Source: an uncultured Gammaproteobacteria bacterium
GTDB lineage: Bacteria; Patescibacteriota; Microgenomatia; Levybacterales; UBA12049
Assembly (NCBI GenBank): GCA_964553245.1
Contig: CAZKJM010000001.1
Coordinates: 145,806 to 209,805, forward strand
Length of the DNA stretch: 64,000 nucleotides
Direction of reading: 5' to 3'
Part shown: positions 60,098-64,000 of the stretch, in pieces
How the letters are laid out: the number at the start of each line of letters is the position of its first letter
How positions within the stretch are numbered: position 1 is the first letter of the stretch
Made by a program: the position numbers and the translations under genes
Notes under the pieces: model-generated
Told to the model about the DNA's origin: nothing
The model's database searches: none
What the model saw: only the letters and a program-made list of their open reading frames with translations

Positions 60098-60126
60098 AAC
60101 CTCACTTAAAAAGTGGGGTTTTTTAT
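60098..60126. terminator. Bidirectional rho-independent terminator between convergent genes
   Basis: 'AAAAAAACCTCACTTAAAAAGTGGGGTTTTTTATTT': a GC-containing stem flanked by an A-run and a T-run. A larger nested palindrome precedes it (60044..60089). Confidence 0.7.
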
Positions 60127-60171
60127 TTCAAATAAATTTAAAGAATTATAATTTTGTGGAGGAATCGGTTA

Positions 60172-61758
60172 TTAATTTCCTTTATAATGGACTAATTTAT
60201 ATACCTTAACCACAGACACATCCCAACTGCCGGCAATCTCTGCTCTACCAAATCCCGCGATTTCCCAAAGAGAATTACCTAGGGGCTCACAGGGTACGCT
60301 TTCACAAACTATAAATAATTGCTCTGTAACTGTATTTCTTTGCGGATCATGAGCACTGTCTTGAATTATTACCGGAGGGTGATTCCAGATTGTAAAAAAA
60401 TATCTATAAGCATGGTCTGAATTACCTCCTGTAATTATGGCAAAATTAAATGGTTTTGCGTCTGTTTTAGTCATTATAAAATCGGCTATTGTCTTCATTT
60501 GATTTAATTGCCTGTTTGGCGGATGTCTAAATGGGATTCCATTTAAGTTTAATAGTATTAAAAATACTATTACTAAAGCTGTTATAAATTTAAATATCTT
60601 TTGCTTACTAAGAAAAAATTCTGCTGTAAAACCAATTAGGAAAAATGGCAAAGGAAATAAAAACTGAAAATAGTAGTCATAAATTGGTTTTTTATAAAAA
60701 CCGAAAAAGAATATGCCCAATATTAACCAGGTGTTAATTAAAAGATAGGGCATTAATTTTTCGTCTCTTTTTTTAATTGATTCATACATTCTAAATAAAA
60801 AATAACCAAAACTAATTAGTGATATTAAAAGAATAAATGCTGACCAACCAAATAATATGTTTTTACTGAATGATTCAATTCGCTCCGGAGGAGGAAATCC
60901 CATAACCAGCCTCGCAAAAAGTCTAAAAAAAACGTTACCGATAATTAAAAATAAATTTGAACCACCGCCTACTTCCGGAGAATTAAAAATAAATTTAATT
61001 AAGCTCGCTGTGTTTGGGAAACCATGTCTTGCTTCAAAGGCCAGATAAGGTGAAAAACCTACAAGAAAACCAAAAAAAATCATCAAATAAGGCTTTATTA
61101 CGCTTGAAAATATTTTTTTTTGCTTGTTTTTTAAAGCCCAAGAGATAAAAACATAGACAATAATTATTACTCCAACAAAAACCTCAATATAGTGAAGCTG
61201 CATTAAGATTCCATATAAAATCCCTGTGATAAAAAAGAATAAGGGCTTATTTTTATTAACCCCTTTATATAAAATATAAAGAGTAAGAAGAGTAAAGGGA
61301 GGCATTAGATTTGGATTCCAAGAAGAACGCGAATAAGCAACTACAATCGGAGAAATTGCATATAAAAAACTTGCAATTACGCCCGCTTTTCGACCAAAAA
61401 ATTCTGTTCCAATTTTATAAACTAACCAAACTGTAAATATTCCAAATAATGCAATCATTACTGCGGGACCGGCAGGATTGTAATTAAAAAACCATAAAAA
61501 CGGTGTTATGAAATAATAGTAAATCGGACCCAAAAAAAATCCTCCGACAGATGCTGTAGGACCAAGCAAAGTTAATTTACCATGAAGAATATCGTAAGCT
61601 ACTAAAACATCTCTTCCCTCGTCTCCTAAAAAAGTCATATAGTCAGAAATTCTATATAACCTTAAAAAAGCAGCAAGGGAAAGGATAAAAATAATTACCC
61701 AGTTCTTTAATATTGCGTCCGCCATCCGGCGGATAATTTTAAAAATTTGTTTCTTCAC
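60172..61758 (-). CDS. Putative GT-C fold membrane glycosyltransferase, PMT_2-like (paralog of 2167..3675)
   Basis: 528 aa. 'FLRLYRISDYMTFLGDEGRDVLVAYDILHGKLTLLGPTASVGGFFLGPIYYY'. 13 to 14 TM segments. Confidence 0.65.
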   Translation of the reverse strand: MKKQIFKIIRRMADAILKNWVIIFILSLAAFLRLYRISDYMTFLGDEGRDVLVAYDILHGKLTLLGPTASVGGFFLGPIYYYFITPFLWFFNYNPAGPAVMIALFGIFTVWLVYKIGTEFFGRKAGVIASFLYAISPIVVAYSRSSWNPNLMPPFTLLTLYILYKGVNKNKPLFFFITGILYGILMQLHYIEVFVGVIIIVYVFISWALKNKQKKIFSSVIKPYLMIFFGFLVGFSPYLAFEARHGFPNTASLIKFIFNSPEVGGGSNLFLIIGNVFFRLFARLVMGFPPPERIESFSKNILFGWSAFILLISLISFGYFLFRMYESIKKRDEKLMPYLLINTWLILGIFFFGFYKKPIYDYYFQFLFPLPFFLIGFTAEFFLSKQKIFKFITALVIVFLILLNLNGIPFRHPPNRQLNQMKTIADFIMTKTDAKPFNFAIITGGNSDHAYRYFFTIWNHPPVIIQDSAHDPQRNTVTEQLFIVCESVPCEPLGNSLWEIAGFGRAEIAGSWDVSVVKVYKLVHYKGN

Positions 61759-62894
61759 TTATGAGGTTTTTTTCGCCAGATTACAAATCTATACATAGAA
61801 AAGTTATAAATTAGAAGAACCGCTGTTGCTAATACAAAATAAACATATGGCAGTGGATATTCTCTGCCAAACATTATTTCACCAAGCTGAATTAACCCAG
61901 ACTGAATAATTATTACCCCAATATTAGAACTTGCAAAAAAACCCAACATTTTAATTAAATATGTTTTTCCGTCTTTCGTACCTTCATGTTTGAATGTCCA
62001 AATATTGTTTAAATTGTAATTGGAAAATATTGCGAGCTGAGCGGATAAAAGATTTACAACACCCAAAGGCAAAGTGGTTAAACCAATCAAAATCCTATAC
62101 GCTATTAGTTGAATTAAGAATCCAGTTCCTCCAACAACTAAAAATTTACCAAAAGTTCCATAAATTAATTCCTGTATCCTCACTTTTATTACAAAAATCA
62201 GGGTCTTAATAATAGTTTCTATACCCGGAATTTTAGACTTCCCAAGAGTACGATCCTTAGCATGAAATGGCACTTCGGAAACACTAAATCCATCTTTTAC
62301 AGCATTGTATAAAAATCCGACTTGGAATGTGTATCCTGTAAATTTACCAAGTTTATCCTTTTCTTTTATAAATACTTCCTTTTTAATAGCTCTATATCCC
62401 CCTGTCCAATCATTTATTCCCTTTCTTCCAAAAAGAATTCTTATAAACATATTTCCCCAAACAGATAAAAACTTTCTATGCATTCCCCAATCTTTTGGAA
62501 TTGATCCTCCTTTACTATAACGAGTTCCTATAACAAAATCGTTTCCTTTTACAATCTCTTCTATGAAATCTGAAATTTTTGTAGGATCATGAAAAAAATC
62601 AGCATCCATTTCAAACATAACATCTGCATTCAATTTTTCTATCGCATACGTCATTCCTCTAATATAAGCTGCTCCCAATCCCTCTTTTTTACCTACTATT
62701 AAATCTAAATTCTTGTATTTAGTCATTAATTCCCTAACTATATCTGCTGTTCCATCAGGAGATGTGTCATCTGCTACTAAAATTTTTAATTGATGATCTT
62801 TAATCTTAGGAAAAACGTTTTCTTCTAATATCGTTATTAATCTTTCTATATTTCCTTTTTCGTTATATGTAGGAATAATTATTACTGCATTCAT
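61755..62894 (-). CDS. GT2 polyprenol-phosphate sugar synthase fused to a GtrA-like four-TM domain
   Basis: 379 aa. 'VIIIPTYNEKGNI', 'LVADDTSPDGT', 'GLGAAYIRG', 'EMDADFFHDP'. The C-terminal 'GKFLVVGGTGFLIQLIAYRIL...' matches GtrA. Confidence 0.8.
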   Translation of the reverse strand: MNAVIIIPTYNEKGNIERLITILEENVFPKIKDHQLKILVADDTSPDGTADIVRELMTKYKNLDLIVGKKEGLGAAYIRGMTYAIEKLNADVMFEMDADFFHDPTKISDFIEEIVKGNDFVIGTRYSKGGSIPKDWGMHRKFLSVWGNMFIRILFGRKGINDWTGGYRAIKKEVFIKEKDKLGKFTGYTFQVGFLYNAVKDGFSVSEVPFHAKDRTLGKSKIPGIETIIKTLIFVIKVRIQELIYGTFGKFLVVGGTGFLIQLIAYRILIGLTTLPLGVVNLLSAQLAIFSNYNLNNIWTFKHEGTKDGKTYLIKMLGFFASSNIGVIIIQSGLIQLGEIMFGREYPLPYVYFVLATAVLLIYNFSMYRFVIWRKKPHK

Positions 62895-63859
62895 TAAACT
62901 AATTCTCCCTTAAAATATTCTACAGTCTTTTTGATTCCTTCTTCAATACTTATTTTCGGCTCCCAGTTTAATATTTTTTTTGCTCTTGAAATATCCGGTT
63001 TCCTTAAAAAAGGATCGTCTTCAGGCATATTTTCAAATATGATTTCAGAAGACGAATCGGTAATTTTTTTAACGATCTCTGCTAAGTCGAAAATGCTTCT
63101 CTCATCGGGATTACCTAAATTTATTACCTTACCTATGGCTTCTTTAGAAAATATTGCACTATTTAATCCATTAATCATATCGTCTATATAACAAAAACTT
63201 CTGGTTTGCTTTCCTTCTCCATATACAGTAATTGGTTCATTTCTAATTGCCTGATTAATGAAATTAGAAACAACTCTACCGTCGTCTTTTTGCATAAATG
63301 GACCGTAAGTATTAAATATTCTGATAATTCTTACTCTTAAATTAAATTTTCTGTAGTAGGTCATTACCATCGCCTCACCGAATCTTTTTCCCTCGTCGTA
63401 AACAGACCTTATTCCGTTTGGGTTAACATTTCCAAAATAATCTTCGTTCTGAGGACTAACTGTAGGATTTCCATAAACTTCCGATGTAGAAGTATAAAGA
63501 TATTCTGCATTCATTTTTTTTGCAATCTCTAATAAATTATATTGACCAAATGAATTAGCTAGCAGCGTTTCCATAGGGTAATTAATGTAGCTCTTTGGAC
63601 TTTTTTTATTTGGAGAGGCAGGCGAAGCAAGGTTAAAAATATGCGTAACATTTTTTATTTCTTTCTCTATTTCCCGAAGAGATTTTGAAACATCGTGCTT
63701 AATAAATTTAAAATTTGGATTATTAATTAACAACTTTATGTTTTTATCATCGCCTGTTATTAAATTATCCAAGCAAATAATTTTATTTTCTTTAATTAGT
63801 TCTTTACAGAGGTGGGAGCCAATAAAACCTGCTCCTCCGGCAACAAGAATGGTGTGCAT
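62894..63859 (-). CDS. UDP-glucuronate decarboxylase (UDP-xylose synthase)-like SDR, ArnA-decarboxylase-related
   Basis: 321 aa. Rossmann 'ILVAGGAGFIGSHLC', catalytic 'YDEGKRFGEAM' (the UXS-type YxxxK context), 'NTYGPFM'. Confidence 0.7.
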   Translation of the reverse strand: MHTILVAGGAGFIGSHLCKELIKENKIICLDNLITGDDKNIKLLINNPNFKFIKHDVSKSLREIEKEIKNVTHIFNLASPASPNKKSPKSYINYPMETLLANSFGQYNLLEIAKKMNAEYLYTSTSEVYGNPTVSPQNEDYFGNVNPNGIRSVYDEGKRFGEAMVMTYYRKFNLRVRIIRIFNTYGPFMQKDDGRVVSNFINQAIRNEPITVYGEGKQTRSFCYIDDMINGLNSAIFSKEAIGKVINLGNPDERSIFDLAEIVKKITDSSSEIIFENMPEDDPFLRKPDISRAKKILNWEPKISIEEGIKKTVEYFKGELV

Positions 63860-63866
63860 AAATAAA

Positions 63867-64000
63867 TTATTTGGTGTTTTTTTCGCGCTCTATGTCGGCT
63901 TTAACCATTATTTCTACTAATTGTTTAAAACTGGTTTTTGGTTTCCAATCTAAAACTTTTCTCGCTTTACTGGCATCTCCAATTAAATAATCTACTTCTG
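63867..64000 (-). CDS. gmd: GDP-mannose 4,6-dehydratase-like C-terminus (gene start beyond window edge)
   Basis: My translation of the minus strand gives '...[37 protein letters not shown]', resembling the GMD C-terminal 'GDxxKAxxxLGWKP...LVxxMVxxDLE'. The TAA stop is the reverse complement of 63867..63869. A dTDP-glucose dehydratase-like SDR cannot be excluded. Confidence 0.5.
   Translation of the reverse strand, partial: EVDYLIGDASKARKVLDWKPKTSFKQLVEIMVKADIEREKNTK

Noticed and set aside
1-64000. CRISPR arrays, transposases, integrases, prophage genes
   Set aside because: No regularly spaced direct repeats and no recognisable transposase, integrase or phage structural motifs in any frame. 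The only mobility hint is the tRNA-adjacent repeat.
1-64000. Alternative genetic code (UGA recoding, as in some CPR lineages)
   Set aside because: Several well-conserved proteins terminate at TGA exactly where the family C-terminus ends (e.g. the 2167 gene, with ATGA overlap to the next gene). Standard code 11 fits.

Overview
The window is visibly AT-rich, compact bacterial DNA. Most genes overlap or abut, translation starts have weak or no Shine-Dalgarno sequences, and leaders are short, which together suggest a small-genome Patescibacteria/CPR-like organism (inference only). About 34 kb at the left end (1..34478) is a single minus-strand array of glycan-assembly genes. It holds four YfhO-like GT-C membrane proteins (one truncated at the window edge and missed by the ORF track), five tandem PMT/ArnT-like GT-C paralogs interrupted by a SAM methyltransferase, a sixth PMT/ArnT-like gene, two paralog pairs of unclassified GT-C-like membrane proteins, a DUF2029-like membrane protein, three DPM1/ArnC-like polyprenol-phosphate sugar synthases, four other GT2 enzymes, one GT4 enzyme, a Wzx-type flippase and a Ser-rich anchored protein. 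A fourth polyprenol-P-sugar synthase, fused to GtrA, sits at the right end beside a UDP-xylose-synthase-like gene, a GT-C gene and a GDP-mannose-dehydratase C-terminal fragment. The rest is housekeeping: tRNA-Glu(CUC), tRNA-Gln(CUG), lon, DEAD-box helicase, RRM protein, gltX, archaeal-type aspS, recJ, cca, metK, secDF, dacA-like, dgkA, and small DUF proteins. I found no CRISPR array, transposase, integrase or rRNA gene. The best candidate for a novel system is the GT-C-dominated glycosylation supercluster, including the unclassified HDD/TDD-motif pair. Function calls rest on motifs I recognise by eye, not on searches.
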